Assembly (NCBI GenBank): GCA_025057985.1
Contig: JANXEV010000004.1
Span: 1-53,870 of the forward strand
Direction of reading: 5' to 3'
Length of the DNA: 53,870 nt
DNA from: Candidatus Aenigmatarchaeota archaeon
GTDB lineage: Archaea > Aenigmatarchaeota > Aenigmatarchaeia > CG10238-14 > SpSt-28
Shown: piece by piece, positions 8,824-19,137 of the stretch
How positions within the stretch are numbered: the stretch's first letter is position 1
How the letters are laid out: each line of letters begins with the position of its first letter
The notes under the pieces: generated by a model
What the model saw: the letters and a program-made list of their open reading frames with translations, nothing else
What the model was told of the DNA's origin: nothing
Databases searched by the model: none
Position numbers and translations under genes: made by a program

Positions 8824-8869
8824 TATTTTTGACTGTGTTTGACTTCTTTTTTCGCTGATAAATATAGTT

Positions 8870-9511
8870 ATGGTCCAAAAAAGTTTGATTAAAGTCATCG
8901 GTATTGATCTATCTGCCAGCGAAAAAAGAGGTTCAGGTTTATGTTTTCTAGATGAAAAATTATACGCAAAATGTCGTACAATTTACAAAGACCAGGAAAT
9001 GGTCGAAATCGTTAAGAAATACAAACCCGATATCGTAGGTATAGATGCTCCTTTATCTCTTCCGTTAGGTAGAAAGAACATCTTCAGAAAGTCGAACGTC
9101 CACTTTAGAAAATGTGACAAACAACTTTGGGAGTTAAAAATAAAGTTCTTTCCAATCACACTTGGCCCTATGAGAAGGCTCACGGAAAGGGGAATAAAAA
9201 TTAGAAGGATGTTAGAAAATTTAGGATTCAAAGTTATAGAAGTTTACCCAGGTGCCACACAAGATTTGCTAGGAATACCGAGAAAACAAAAAGGTTTGGA
9301 AAAACTAAAAAAAGGTTTGGAAAAATTTGGAATAAAACTCGAAAATAGAAAGTTAACAGGAGATGAATTAGATGCTGTGACTGCTGCTTACACTGCCTAT
9401 CTTTTTTTAAAAGGTCTGGCCATCGAAATCGGTGATAAAAGAGAAGGTACAATCGTCGTACCTATTAAAGAAAAATTAAATTTTTCTCCCAGCAACACCA
9501 AAAAAATATAA
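8870..9511 (+). CDS. DUF429-family predicted nuclease (RNase H-like fold)
   Basis: Motifs IGIDLSA, GIDAPLS, IEVYPGA, ELDA. Confidence 0.75.
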   Translation: MVQKSLIKVIGIDLSASEKRGSGLCFLDEKLYAKCRTIYKDQEMVEIVKKYKPDIVGIDAPLSLPLGRKNIFRKSNVHFRKCDKQLWELKIKFFPITLGPMRRLTERGIKIRRMLENLGFKVIEVYPGATQDLLGIPRKQKGLEKLKKGLEKFGIKLENRKLTGDELDAVTAAYTAYLFLKGLAIEIGDKREGTIVVPIKEKLNFSPSNTKKI

Positions 9512-9735
9512 CCACTCCATAGAAATTTAAGACTAAGGCTTTGTGAAAAGAGTTGATGGAAAATCATCAAGTTAAAACATACTTATTCTTCAAAAACACG
9601 AGTTCACAATTTTTCTAAACCATTTTTAAAAGTAGTGAGTCGACAATGAGAATGTGACTAAGAAAACTATTTCGACCGGAAAAATTTCATAACTAGTTCG
9701 CTAAAAAATTAAAGAACTCTAAAGAAAAAATCATT

Positions 9736-10548
9736 ATGAGAGAACCAAGATTTGCTGGCTATTTTTATCCGAGATATAGAAAAGATTTGGAATCTATGTT
9801 AGCTAGTTTTTTTGAAGAAGCAAGAAAAAATCTGAAAAAAATTGATAAAAAAGTTATCGGTCTCGTAGTACCACATGCCGGCTTCATTTATTCAGGAAAG
9901 ACCGCATCTTTCGGCTATTTTCATCTACCTACCAAAATCAAAACTGCCGTGATAATAGGACCTAACCACACTGGTTATGGTAAAAAAGTTTCTGTTTATT
10001 CGAAAGGAAAATGGAAAACACCATTAGGTGAAGTAGAAATCGATGAAGAACTTTCAAGAGAAATCATAGAAAATTCTAGGTATGCAGAAGAAGATGAAAT
10101 CGCACATATGGAAGAACATTCAATAGAAGTACAAATACCCTTTTTACAATATCTTTACGGAAATTCTTTTAAAATAGTTCCTATATGTTTGATGGATCAG
10201 TCAGAAGAAGTAGCCGAAGATCTCTCGGAATCGATACTAAAAACGAAGAAAGATTTTATTATAATTTCTAGCTCCGATCTGACTCACTACGAGGACTACA
10301 AATCTGTGGTTAGAAAAGACGAAACAATCATCGAGGCTATAAAATCTATGAATTTAAAAAATTTCTACCTAACTCTAAGAAAAATCAAAGCCACAGCTTG
10401 TGGATACGGCGCAATAGCGACTTTAATTTCGATAACGGAAAAATTGAACGGAAAAATTGAACTCGTAAAATACTCTACAAGTGCAGAAACTAGTAGAGAC
10501 TACGAGCATGTAGTCGGATATGCTTCTTTGATAAGTTATATCGAATGA
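9736..10548 (+). CDS. AmmeMemoRadiSam protein B / MEMO1 family
   Basis: REPRFAGYFYP, PHAGFIYSG, GPNHTG, EHSIEVQIPFLQ, SSDLTHY, VVGY. Confidence 0.92.
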   Translation: MREPRFAGYFYPRYRKDLESMLASFFEEARKNLKKIDKKVIGLVVPHAGFIYSGKTASFGYFHLPTKIKTAVIIGPNHTGYGKKVSVYSKGKWKTPLGEVEIDEELSREIIENSRYAEEDEIAHMEEHSIEVQIPFLQYLYGNSFKIVPICLMDQSEEVAEDLSESILKTKKDFIIISSSDLTHYEDYKSVVRKDETIIEAIKSMNLKNFYLTLRKIKATACGYGAIATLISITEKLNGKIELVKYSTSAETSRDYEHVVGYASLISYIE

Positions 10549-10570
10549 TAGAAAAACGTCGATCGAAAAG

Positions 10571-11752
10571 TTACGGAGTAAACCATTCTATTTCATAGTA
10601 TTTATGTTCCGAATCTGGTAAATCGATTCTGTTAGCCAAGTAGTAAGTGATACTGGTTTCTCTGTCATTAATAGCTATCAACAACCTTAAACCTAATTCA
10701 TCAGCTCTATCTAAAGCGCTTGCTAACATCTTCCCACTTAGATTTTCATCTTCGTTTAAAGAAAGTACAAGAAAAGATGGGTCATCTTGATCTGGTCTTT
10801 CAACTTGGCTCCCTGATTTTCTGTGCCAAGCCACGAAGTCTATCGGTGTTTTTTCTTTCAAATAATCTTCTTCCTTCATTCCAGGTATAGCCATTATAAA
10901 AGTTTTTCTTACACTATGCGCTACTCTTATGGCTCTTGACCATTCGCTCATTGGCATACTGACTTCCTTCGGAAATACATGTAACACATGTTTAGAATGC
11001 ACCCATTCTTTTTTGCTCGACACTGGCCTAGCATTAGGAAAATAGACTCTAAAATGAGTTCCAAATTTAAACCCAGTTTTTAGTATAAAGCCTCTGTCTC
11101 TCCAATCTTCATATACCTCTAGAATTCTAGAAAAGTATGGAATTCTTTTCTGTATTTCTTTACAAATCTCTTCAAAAGTTATTTCTGAATCGCTCGAAAG
11201 CTCAATAACCTTAAATCCTTTCTTCGCCAAATAAGCAGTTTCTACTGGATCTAAAGTTAGATTGTTCCCTCTATCCACATTTTTATAGACACCCCATTGA
11301 CCAAACCAATGATTTTCAAACAAACTTCTAGCTTCTTTTCCGAAAGCTAGAGAAAAACATTCCTCTTTCAAAAAATAAATTGTGATCTTTGTGTTGAGGT
11401 TGTAAGTAGAAGAAGGATACTTTTTTATCGGGCTCTTACCAAAATTTTTGAGGCTTATTCTCTCTGGAAAAGTTATGAACAACCCTCTTTCTCTCCAATC
11501 TCTGAAAACGTTGTATTTAACAAAGTAGGACGGCGAGTAAAATCTCTTAAAAATCTGCTGAAGTGGCAACTCTTCATTTTTTTCCAAAACTTTAAGATTC
11601 CTGATGTTGCTAAGATAGAAAAGCTCTATCGGATGTAAGTAAACTTTGTTGTTTTTCTTTTCTCCAAAAAAACTTTGAGATAGCTCTAGGTTTGTAGAAA
11701 AGATTAAATCATTCTTAATGAAAATCTTTGCTTCTTCTTTTTGTGACTTCAT
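10571..11752 (-). CDS. endA: tRNA-splicing endonuclease, three-unit (epsilon2-like) architecture
   Basis: Catalytic unit GFKFGTHFRVY...H...AHSVRK; repeated LHPIE/LDPVE and DWRERG/DWRDRG units; C-terminal non-catalytic unit ending YYEIEWFTP; start taken at the ATGA overlap at 11752. Confidence 0.9.
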   Translation of the reverse strand: MKSQKEEAKIFIKNDLIFSTNLELSQSFFGEKKNNKVYLHPIELFYLSNIRNLKVLEKNEELPLQQIFKRFYSPSYFVKYNVFRDWRERGLFITFPERISLKNFGKSPIKKYPSSTYNLNTKITIYFLKEECFSLAFGKEARSLFENHWFGQWGVYKNVDRGNNLTLDPVETAYLAKKGFKVIELSSDSEITFEEICKEIQKRIPYFSRILEVYEDWRDRGFILKTGFKFGTHFRVYFPNARPVSSKKEWVHSKHVLHVFPKEVSMPMSEWSRAIRVAHSVRKTFIMAIPGMKEEDYLKEKTPIDFVAWHRKSGSQVERPDQDDPSFLVLSLNEDENLSGKMLASALDRADELGLRLLIAINDRETSITYYLANRIDLPDSEHKYYEIEWFTP

Positions 11753-12162
11753 TCTATTTCCCTCAGCGTACATTCTAACGGTGGATAGGTGATTATCTCA
11801 CATATCAAATCAATCGTATCATTCAAAGACGGGTCCTTCATCTCCCTACTTCCTTTTAAACTTTCTACTTTTAAGAAGTCTTCACCTAAGCTGCCGACAT
11901 TATTTCCTATAAGGTAAGCGTCATTTTTTGACACAAAGTATTCCAAATATCTCTTTATTTCGTCTTCAGAAGTATAGTTATAGTATATCAAAGTATAACC
12001 ATCTCTCAACAAAATATCCCTTTGGGCCTCAGAAATTCTGCTTAGCACTTTTTCCTTAGGTAACTCCACTTCAGGAGTTTGGAAGACTAAAGTGTAATTG
12101 TAGGCTATCGAAGACATGAAAAGAATCAATATCAAAATCAAAACCGCAGCTTTCTTCTCCAT
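11749..12162 (-). CDS. Hypothetical membrane-anchored protein
   Basis: Likely start MEKKAAVLILILILF at 12162; the longer ORF-track call overlaps the opposite-strand gene. Confidence 0.65.
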   Translation of the reverse strand: MEKKAAVLILILILFMSSIAYNYTLVFQTPEVELPKEKVLSRISEAQRDILLRDGYTLIYYNYTSEDEIKRYLEYFVSKNDAYLIGNNVGSLGEDFLKVESLKGSREMKDPSLNDTIDLICEIITYPPLECTLREIE

Positions 12163-12214
12163 AAATTCTTTTCTCGGTTTGAAAGAATAAAACTTTTCAC
12201 ACCAGTATAATTTT

Positions 12215-13000
12215 ATGGTAGTTGAATCGATAATTAGGGTAAAAGAAAGTTTAAAAACGCCTTGGCAATTTCTAATAGCTACGATGATAATAACATTCGT
12301 CTCTTTTCTAATATCTTTTATAATCTTTAAACACGACGTGGGACTGTATTCCGTCTTTCTCATAACAATTGGTTTGATACCGATTACTTTCAGATTGAAC
12401 AAATATGCATTCAAAAAAAGTTCAAGAGAAAGGCCAAAAAGTATAATTTCGGTTTTCTCATACTATAAAGAAATCATTCTAGCATATGCTTCTATCTTCA
12501 TAGGAATCACGACAGTTCTCTCCATACTTTACATGATCCTACCAGAAGAAATTTCGATCAAAACATTTCAAACCCAAATAAACGAAATAAAGTCGATTAG
12601 AGGCTATTTTTCTTTTGGCGGCGCGTTCCAAACAATATTCTTTAATAATATTGGCGTCTTGATGGTTTGTTTCGCTTTCTCTCTCATCTACGGAGCTGGA
12701 GCAGTTTTCATCCTTACCTGGAACGCTTCAATACTATCAACAGCAATTGGGATGACGGCGAAAGCGCTAGGTGGAATGAGTGCACTACCATTAGCTGTTT
12801 TAGTCTACTTTCCACACGGTAGTTTAGAAATACTCGCATACTTTTTAGGAGCAATAGCTGGCGGTATAGCTTCAAATTGTATAGTGAAAAATGTGATAGA
12901 CGCCAAGATTTTTCAAGCTATAGCATTTTTACTTTTAGTAGGAATTTTCCTTCTATTTTTAGGAGCCTTAATCGAAACGGTCTCTATAGTTCTAGGATAA
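12215..13000 (+). CDS. SpoIIM-like integral membrane protein
   Basis: Multiple TM helices; IFFNNI...WNASI...PHGSLEILAY...ALIE. Confidence 0.8.
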   Translation: MVVESIIRVKESLKTPWQFLIATMIITFVSFLISFIIFKHDVGLYSVFLITIGLIPITFRLNKYAFKKSSRERPKSIISVFSYYKEIILAYASIFIGITTVLSILYMILPEEISIKTFQTQINEIKSIRGYFSFGGAFQTIFFNNIGVLMVCFAFSLIYGAGAVFILTWNASILSTAIGMTAKALGGMSALPLAVLVYFPHGSLEILAYFLGAIAGGIASNCIVKNVIDAKIFQAIAFLLLVGIFLLFLGALIETVSIVLG

Positions 13001-15823
13001 AAAATATATAGCCGGTTTTGAAGGTGTCGCTTGATATTTTTTCTCCAAAGTACTTTCTTCTTCTTCCACAACATTCACTCTGCATCCAAACTCTCTCTCG
13101 AAAAATTCTAAATTCTCTTTCAACAAATCAATTTGATTTTTTCTATCTAGAACTTTAGTCAACTCTTTCTTTCTATATGCGTCCTCCATTTTTTTGTAAA
13201 ACTTTACCATACTTTGTTTTTCTTTCTCATCTTCTACAGACTTCAAAACAGCTTCCATTGAAGGTATTTTTCCGTTTAAGAAACTCTCATACAAATCAAA
13301 TTTTTTCTTACTTCCAACTATTATAAAGATCTCTTTTGGTTCTTTTTTCACTATCTTAATTATCTCTTTTATGTCATTCGTCGTTTGTTGAATAAAGTTT
13401 TCAAAATCTATATATTTTTCCTCTATGATTTCGAATCTAGGATAACCGCTTTCGAAAACAAAACCTTTCTCTCCCAACATACTCCACATTTCTTCGGACA
13501 AATGTGGTAGCAAGGGCGATAGAACTTTTACCCAGACTTTTAAAATCTCTTCCAAAGTTTTCCTATTTGCTCTTTCTATTCCACCGACTCTTTTTAGGTA
13601 CCAATCGATTTTGTTTAGAATATCAAAGATCAAAAGCTGAGAGGCGCTCCTAAATTTTAACTCTTCGTACATCTTCTCCGCTTCTAAAATGTTTTTTTTC
13701 ACATAAACCTCTATGAATCTATCTATGTTTTTCTTTTCCCTAACCTCAGCTTTTTTTGAATTTTCTATCAACCAGAAAATAGACTTTATTCTCTCGAAGA
13801 AAGTTTGAATATTTTCGAATCTCCAATCCGCATCATTTAGATCCTCGGCGGACGAAATTATGTTTAACCTTACCAGATCGCTGCCGAATTGATTTATCAA
13901 GTCTATCAAAGGTATAACATTTCCTTTACTTTTACTCATTTTTTCTCCCATGACGTTTACAAATCCATTTACACCTATAGCTTTTGGCCAGTACTTTTCT
14001 TCGTCCCATATGGCCACATGATGGAAAATGAAAAAAGTAAGATGATTTTGTATCAAATCTTTTCCAGAGCCTCTAAAGTCAACAGGATAGAAATATTCAA
14101 ATTCTTTCCTAGCTTTTTCCAAAACGTCCTCACTTACAAAATTTTCTCTCACCACATCCCTAACTTTCCCCTTACCTAAGAAAATGTAATCAAAGAAAGA
14201 GTCTTTTATTTTTTCTGCGTCCAAATCTTTAATCAAATGATAGATTGTGTATAAACACATGTAAATAGTAGAATCGCTCAGCGTCTCTACAATCCATTCT
14301 TTATCCCAAGGTAATTTCGTTCCTAACCCAGTTTTTCTTGCACATGCCTTATTTTCTAACCAATCTATCGTATTGAGAAATTGCTCTCTCGCTTCCTCAG
14401 GGCAAATTCTCATACTAGACAGGGCTTTTTTCGCTTTTTTCTTCCACTCTAAATCAGAATACTTCAAAAACCACTGGTTTTCCAATATCTTAATGTAGCA
14501 TCTAGTCTTACATCTACATATAACTTCTCCGCTAGGCTCCCAAATAGAGTCTAAAGAGTTAATCTTTTTCAGATTTTCTATAATTTTTTTCTTAGCTTCG
14601 CTAACCGGAACGTTTTTGTAGTCATCGACTATCATAACTCCTTTGTGAAACTCTTTCTTATACAACTCTTCAGTCGCTAATTCTAATTTCTCTCTCTCAT
14701 CTTGATTAGAAATATTAAATTTTTCACAAACTTCTTTAGCTGGTATTTCGCCTAAACCAGGAGTGTAAATTATCTTTTTAATTTCAATTCCCTCCACCAA
14801 CTCCCTCATCTTTAAATCTTCGACCTTCTTTAAATCCTGCAAACCGATAAAATCGAAAGGTGCGTGAGCTGGAACGGACATAACGATTCCTGTGCCTATT
14901 TTCAATTCAACAAACTTAGCAGGTAATATTGGTACAGCTTCACCAGTTATAGGATTGGTTACAAGTTTTCCGAGTAAAGTGTTTGAATTTAATTCTCCTA
15001 AAATTTCTATTTTCTTCAACTGGTCTGAAAGTTTAATGCACGAATCTTTACTTAATATCCAAATTTCCTCGCCGATCTTTACTTTTAAATAACTCGTATC
15101 TGGTTTGATCCAGATATTTGTCACACCATAAATGGTCTCTGGTCTTAGAGTCGCACAAGGTATTATTTCTCCTGAGTCCAGTTTAAACTTTATTATGTAA
15201 AACTCTACCGGACTTTCTCCTTCACCCTTCAATCTATCATGATCACCGGTCGGAGATTGGCACTTAGGGCACCAAACGACAGGATGTGTCCCTTGAACAA
15301 TATATCCCTTCTTTTTGAGCGTGTTATACTGCCATTCTATGAATTTATTATACATCGGTGTTATAGCCGTTATAAATGTTCTTCTCCAATCGATAGAAGC
15401 TCCTGCCAATTTTAAAATTTCTATCCATTTTTTCATCCAAAACATAGCCGTGTACTCTGGCCCTTTTTCTACAAAATTTTTTATTTCTTCGTCACTCGCA
15501 CCAAAAAGTTTAAAAGTCGCTGCTTGTGTTTCATCCCCCTCTTTCAATCTTTCAATAGTCCCTAGAATTGGTTCGCCAGTAGCGTGGAATGATTGTGGAA
15601 ATAAAACGTTAAATCCTTGCAATCTTTTAAACCTGGCATATGATTCTATCCTGAAGAAAGTATAACTATGACCGATATGTGGAGCGCCATTCACATATGG
15701 GTATGGAAATGTTATAAAAAACTTTCTTTTATCGCTAACATTAGATTCGAAAATTTTGCTTTTTTCCCACTCTTTTTGCCACTTTCTCTCTATTTCCACA
15801 ATCTTCTTAAAATCCAATTCCAT
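12992..15823 (-). CDS. leuS: Leucine--tRNA ligase (archaeal type)
   Basis: FPYPYVNGAPHIGH, ATLRPET, GKDLIQNHL, KMSKS. Confidence 0.97.
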   Translation of the reverse strand: MELDFKKIVEIERKWQKEWEKSKIFESNVSDKRKFFITFPYPYVNGAPHIGHSYTFFRIESYARFKRLQGFNVLFPQSFHATGEPILGTIERLKEGDETQAATFKLFGASDEEIKNFVEKGPEYTAMFWMKKWIEILKLAGASIDWRRTFITAITPMYNKFIEWQYNTLKKKGYIVQGTHPVVWCPKCQSPTGDHDRLKGEGESPVEFYIIKFKLDSGEIIPCATLRPETIYGVTNIWIKPDTSYLKVKIGEEIWILSKDSCIKLSDQLKKIEILGELNSNTLLGKLVTNPITGEAVPILPAKFVELKIGTGIVMSVPAHAPFDFIGLQDLKKVEDLKMRELVEGIEIKKIIYTPGLGEIPAKEVCEKFNISNQDEREKLELATEELYKKEFHKGVMIVDDYKNVPVSEAKKKIIENLKKINSLDSIWEPSGEVICRCKTRCYIKILENQWFLKYSDLEWKKKAKKALSSMRICPEEAREQFLNTIDWLENKACARKTGLGTKLPWDKEWIVETLSDSTIYMCLYTIYHLIKDLDAEKIKDSFFDYIFLGKGKVRDVVRENFVSEDVLEKARKEFEYFYPVDFRGSGKDLIQNHLTFFIFHHVAIWDEEKYWPKAIGVNGFVNVMGEKMSKSKGNVIPLIDLINQFGSDLVRLNIISSAEDLNDADWRFENIQTFFERIKSIFWLIENSKKAEVREKKNIDRFIEVYVKKNILEAEKMYEELKFRSASQLLIFDILNKIDWYLKRVGGIERANRKTLEEILKVWVKVLSPLLPHLSEEMWSMLGEKGFVFESGYPRFEIIEEKYIDFENFIQQTTNDIKEIIKIVKKEPKEIFIIVGSKKKFDLYESFLNGKIPSMEAVLKSVEDEKEKQSMVKFYKKMEDAYRKKELTKVLDRKNQIDLLKENLEFFEREFGCRVNVVEEEESTLEKKYQATPSKPAIYFLS

Positions 15824-15864
15824 CTTTTAATTTAAAAGAAACATCATTAAATAATTTATAATGA

Positions 15865-15965
15865 GCCCCCGTAGCTCAGCTTGGATAGAGCGGCACCCTT
15901 CTATCGAGAAGGTTTGAGAAAAGGATGAAAGGTGACGGTCGCGGGTTCAAATCCCGCCGGGGGCG
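15865..15965 (+). tRNA. tRNA-Arg(TCT) with a 26-nt intron at 37/38 (15904-15929)
   Basis: Acceptor GCCCCCG/CGGGGGC, A20 and G73 Arg identity elements, T-arm GCGGG-TTCAAAT-CCCGC; relaxed BHB (CTTC/GATG); no encoded CCA. Confidence 0.88.
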
Positions 15966-16064
15966 AGTAAAATTTTCTATTTCACACCATTAACACAAAA
16001 ACTTTAAGCATTACGAAATTTACAAACCTAAAAAATTTTATATTTCTCAATCTTATCTTTTATT

Positions 16065-17162
16065 ATGAAAAAGATTACAATAAATAGAATTAAAATCAAA
16101 GGTATTTCTCAGTTTGTTGCTTCTATTATTTTGATTTCTATCGTAGTTTTTATCTCTATAGTAATTTTTGGTTTTATGCGTGAGTATCTTTCTGAAACAG
16201 CTAAGGAAGTGGAAGAAGAAAGTTTTAAACGTATAAATTGGTTAGGAGAATATTTGGAGTTAGTCACTGTAACTAATAAGAGAATAATAGCTCTTGCTCC
16301 TGGAGCTCCTCCTGAGTATACGGTTTTGAAAGTATATGTGGATGGGAGAGAATATAGAATAGCAAATAGGACTTATGGTAATGTTATTGTTTTGGATTTT
16401 GAAGAGCCGATTCCTAGTGGGGATAGAAAGTTGATGTTTTTTACTAACACTAAGAGAACTTGGGTTTTTGATGTTTATGTTATAGAATGGGAGGAAACAA
16501 AAAATGGTTGGTTGGATGGGTTTAGGTATAAGAGGGAGATAGTTATAGATAATTCTTTGAATCAGAATAATTTAACGGATTATCAGGTTTTAGTTACGTT
16601 GAATACACAGAATCTCATTTCCCAGGGTAAAATGAGAAGCGATTGTGGAGACATAAGACTTGCTGATAGTGATATGAGAACTTTATTAAATTATTGGATT
16701 AAACCAAATACTTGTGGTACGAGTGACACAAGAATTTGGGTTAGAATGCCGTCTATCTCTGCTGGTTCAACAAAAAAGATTTACATGTTTTATGGAAATG
16801 CTAGCCTAGTTTCTACAGGTAATGGTTACAATACTTTCTTGGCGTTTAATTTAAGTTTTGATGGACCTATAGGTGGGAGAGTTTCATTAGGAGGTCAACA
16901 TTCTTGTGCTTTGTTGAGTAATGGGTCGGTGATGTGTTGGGGGAATAATTGGTATGGACAACTAGGGGATGGGACAGGAGGTTATTTGATTAGAAATACT
17001 CCTGTTTTAGTTCTAAACTACAACCTAGGTGGAAGATATGAGAAAACAGGTGGAATAACAACACCACATAGACCTCCCTATTTTTTTGACACTTATTTCG
17101 TTAGAAGATATTCACCAATAGAACCAACAATAACGGTAGGAGAGGAGATTTCAAGACAGTAG
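16065..17162 (+). CDS. Pilin-like protein with DUF2341-like domain and an RCC1-like repeat
   Basis: KG|ISQFVASIILISI class III signal; DYQVLVTLNT...GDIR...YW...WV...YMFYGN; GGQHSCALLSNGSVMCWGNNWYGQLGDG. Confidence 0.8.
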   Translation: MKKITINRIKIKGISQFVASIILISIVVFISIVIFGFMREYLSETAKEVEEESFKRINWLGEYLELVTVTNKRIIALAPGAPPEYTVLKVYVDGREYRIANRTYGNVIVLDFEEPIPSGDRKLMFFTNTKRTWVFDVYVIEWEETKNGWLDGFRYKREIVIDNSLNQNNLTDYQVLVTLNTQNLISQGKMRSDCGDIRLADSDMRTLLNYWIKPNTCGTSDTRIWVRMPSISAGSTKKIYMFYGNASLVSTGNGYNTFLAFNLSFDGPIGGRVSLGGQHSCALLSNGSVMCWGNNWYGQLGDGTGGYLIRNTPVLVLNYNLGGRYEKTGGITTPHRPPYFFDTYFVRRYSPIEPTITVGEEISRQ

Positions 17163-18476
17163 AATTTTTATAGCCTTTACTGCTCTTTCTGGGGAATGAA
17201 AAACCGGCACCTTTCTTTTCTCCAATTCTTTTATCATTTCGATAGATTTCTTACCACTCATACAAACAACTTTAGGTTTTTTAAAAGAAAGAATAGCTTC
17301 AACTATTCCCTCGTTTATCATTGGTGTTTGTGTTAAAACGACCACCAAATAAACATCGTATTCATCATGTTTTTCTAAAACTTCAAAAACTTGCTTATAC
17401 CTTTCTGGTGTAGCGTCTGCTATAATATCTATCGGATTTTTCAAACTCGCAAAAGGTGGTAGAATTTTTTCCAAATCTTTCTTCAATTCTTCTGAAGGTT
17501 CAGGTAATTTTAATTCGTTCTTCTCGGCTTCGTCTGAAGCTAGAACGCCAAAACCTCCTCCGTTAGTCACAACACAAACTCTATCACCGTTAACTTTTTC
17601 CATGAAAGAAAAAATTTTAACACTGTCTACCAATTCTTCCCAAGTCTTCGCCTCTCTAACTTTAAATTGTCTCAAAACATTTGAAAAAACAAAGTAATCT
17701 CCCGCTAAAGAGGAAGTGTGAGATGAAACCGCCCTAGAACCTGACTTTGTTTTTCCACCTTTCAACAAAATTATAGGTTTTCTAGCATTTCTAACGGCCT
17801 CTAAAAATTTTTTACCATCTCTTATTCCCTCGATAAAACCCGCGATAACCTTCGTTTTCTCATCCTTTAGAAAATATTGAATTATATCGCTCTCGTTTAT
17901 ATCGCATGCATTCCCGTAAGAAATCAATTTGGATATCCCTATATTAGACTCAGAAAAACTTTCCATGGCCAAAACTGCAACTGTCCCCGATTGAGAAAAA
18001 AACGAAACATTACCCTCGCCAGGTTTATTAACGTCTTGATCTAAGAAAAAAGTAGCATCTAAACCTATTTCCGGATTAAAAACTCCTATGGTGTTTGGAC
18101 CGACTATTCTTATTCTATATCTCTCGGCTATCTTTTTTATTTCTCTTTCCAAAACCTTACCTTCTTCTCCAGCTTCCGAAAATCCAGCGGATATTATGAC
18201 AACGTTTTTCACGCCCTTCTTTCCACATTCCTCTAAAACATTTGGAACTATATTCGACTTGACAGCAATTATACATAAATCGATTTCGTCTTCTACCTCT
18301 AAAACAGAAGGGTAAACTTTCAGACCTAAAATAGAGTCTGCGTTTGGATTGATAGGATAAATTTTTCCTCTAAATTTCTCTTTTAGATTTTTCACCAAAG
18401 AAAAACCTATCTTTCCTTCTTTCTGACTAGCACCGATGATTGCCACAGACCTTGGATAAAAAAACTTTTCCATCAT
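17151..18476 (-). CDS. acdA: Acetate--CoA ligase (ADP-forming) alpha subunit
   Basis: PRSVAIIGAS, GPNTIG, SQSG, SHTSSLAG, TNGGG, NPID; start at the ATGA overlap with upstream GGAGGT. Confidence 0.9.
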   Translation of the reverse strand: MMEKFFYPRSVAIIGASQKEGKIGFSLVKNLKEKFRGKIYPINPNADSILGLKVYPSVLEVEDEIDLCIIAVKSNIVPNVLEECGKKGVKNVVIISAGFSEAGEEGKVLEREIKKIAERYRIRIVGPNTIGVFNPEIGLDATFFLDQDVNKPGEGNVSFFSQSGTVAVLAMESFSESNIGISKLISYGNACDINESDIIQYFLKDEKTKVIAGFIEGIRDGKKFLEAVRNARKPIILLKGGKTKSGSRAVSSHTSSLAGDYFVFSNVLRQFKVREAKTWEELVDSVKIFSFMEKVNGDRVCVVTNGGGFGVLASDEAEKNELKLPEPSEELKKDLEKILPPFASLKNPIDIIADATPERYKQVFEVLEKHDEYDVYLVVVLTQTPMINEGIVEAILSFKKPKVVCMSGKKSIEMIKELEKRKVPVFHSPERAVKAIKILLS

Positions 18477-19102
18477 CTTAAAAACCTCCAATCGACAACA
18501 TAAGCACCTTTTTCTGTTACTATAACAGGGTTAAAATCGAACTCTTTTATTTTTTCTTTTAAAAACATCCTCGCAGATTTAAGAATTAGATTGTACAAAG
18601 AAGTGAAATCGTACTTTTTTCCTCTATATCCTCTTAAAATTTCGTAAACTTTTGTTTGTCTGACCATATCTTCTACATCATCCTTTCTTAAAGGTAAGCT
18701 CCTTAAAGAAACGTCTCTGTAAATCTCAGTGTAAATCCCTCCTGCTCCAAAAACTATAACTTTACCGAACACTTCATCTGTTTTACCCCCGATAATAACT
18801 TCTAAACCTTTAACTTGTTCCTGCAAAACAAAACTTTCTATTCTAGCATCATCTTTGAAAGAAAAAACATTTTCCAAAATTTTCTTATAAGCTCGTCTGA
18901 GTTCATCAACACCTCTAATATCAGTCATTATTGCCCCCATTTCAGTTTTATGGATGACGTCCCTCGAATAGACCTTCAAAACTGCTTTTTCCAAATTTTT
19001 CATCCTTTTTTCCAAGACAGACAAATCCAAAGAAAAATAACTCCTACAAATCGGTATTTTATATTTCTTCAAAATAGACAAACTTTCTTTAAACCCGATC
19101 AT
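18473..19102 (-). CDS. acdB: Acetate--CoA ligase (ADP-forming) beta subunit, ATP-grasp
   Basis: HKTEMG, EVIIGGKTDEVFG, FGAGGIYTE, DFNPV. Confidence 0.88.
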   Translation of the reverse strand: MIGFKESLSILKKYKIPICRSYFSLDLSVLEKRMKNLEKAVLKVYSRDVIHKTEMGAIMTDIRGVDELRRAYKKILENVFSFKDDARIESFVLQEQVKGLEVIIGGKTDEVFGKVIVFGAGGIYTEIYRDVSLRSLPLRKDDVEDMVRQTKVYEILRGYRGKKYDFTSLYNLILKSARMFLKEKIKEFDFNPVIVTEKGAYVVDWRFLR

Positions 19103-19137
19103 TTATTTAATTTCGCTAGGAGAATTAAATCTAAAAC

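Noticed and set aside
9512-9735. 224-nt intergenic gap as sRNA or small ORF
   Set aside because: No ordered C/D boxes, stable stem or SD-led ORF that I can support
12163-12414. N-terminal extension of the 221-aa ORF
   Set aside because: Overlaps the opposite-strand SpoIIM-like gene; the signal-anchor start at 12162 fits better
15904-15929. AGAAGG-T-TTGA in the tRNA-Arg intron as a guide for U34, or an alternative TCG anticodon
   Set aside because: 26 nt is too small for a C/D RNP and no workable second splicing path exists
15966-17162. Integrated element or diversity-generating retroelement at tRNA-Arg
   Set aside because: No integrase, reverse transcriptase, att duplication or template repeat visible
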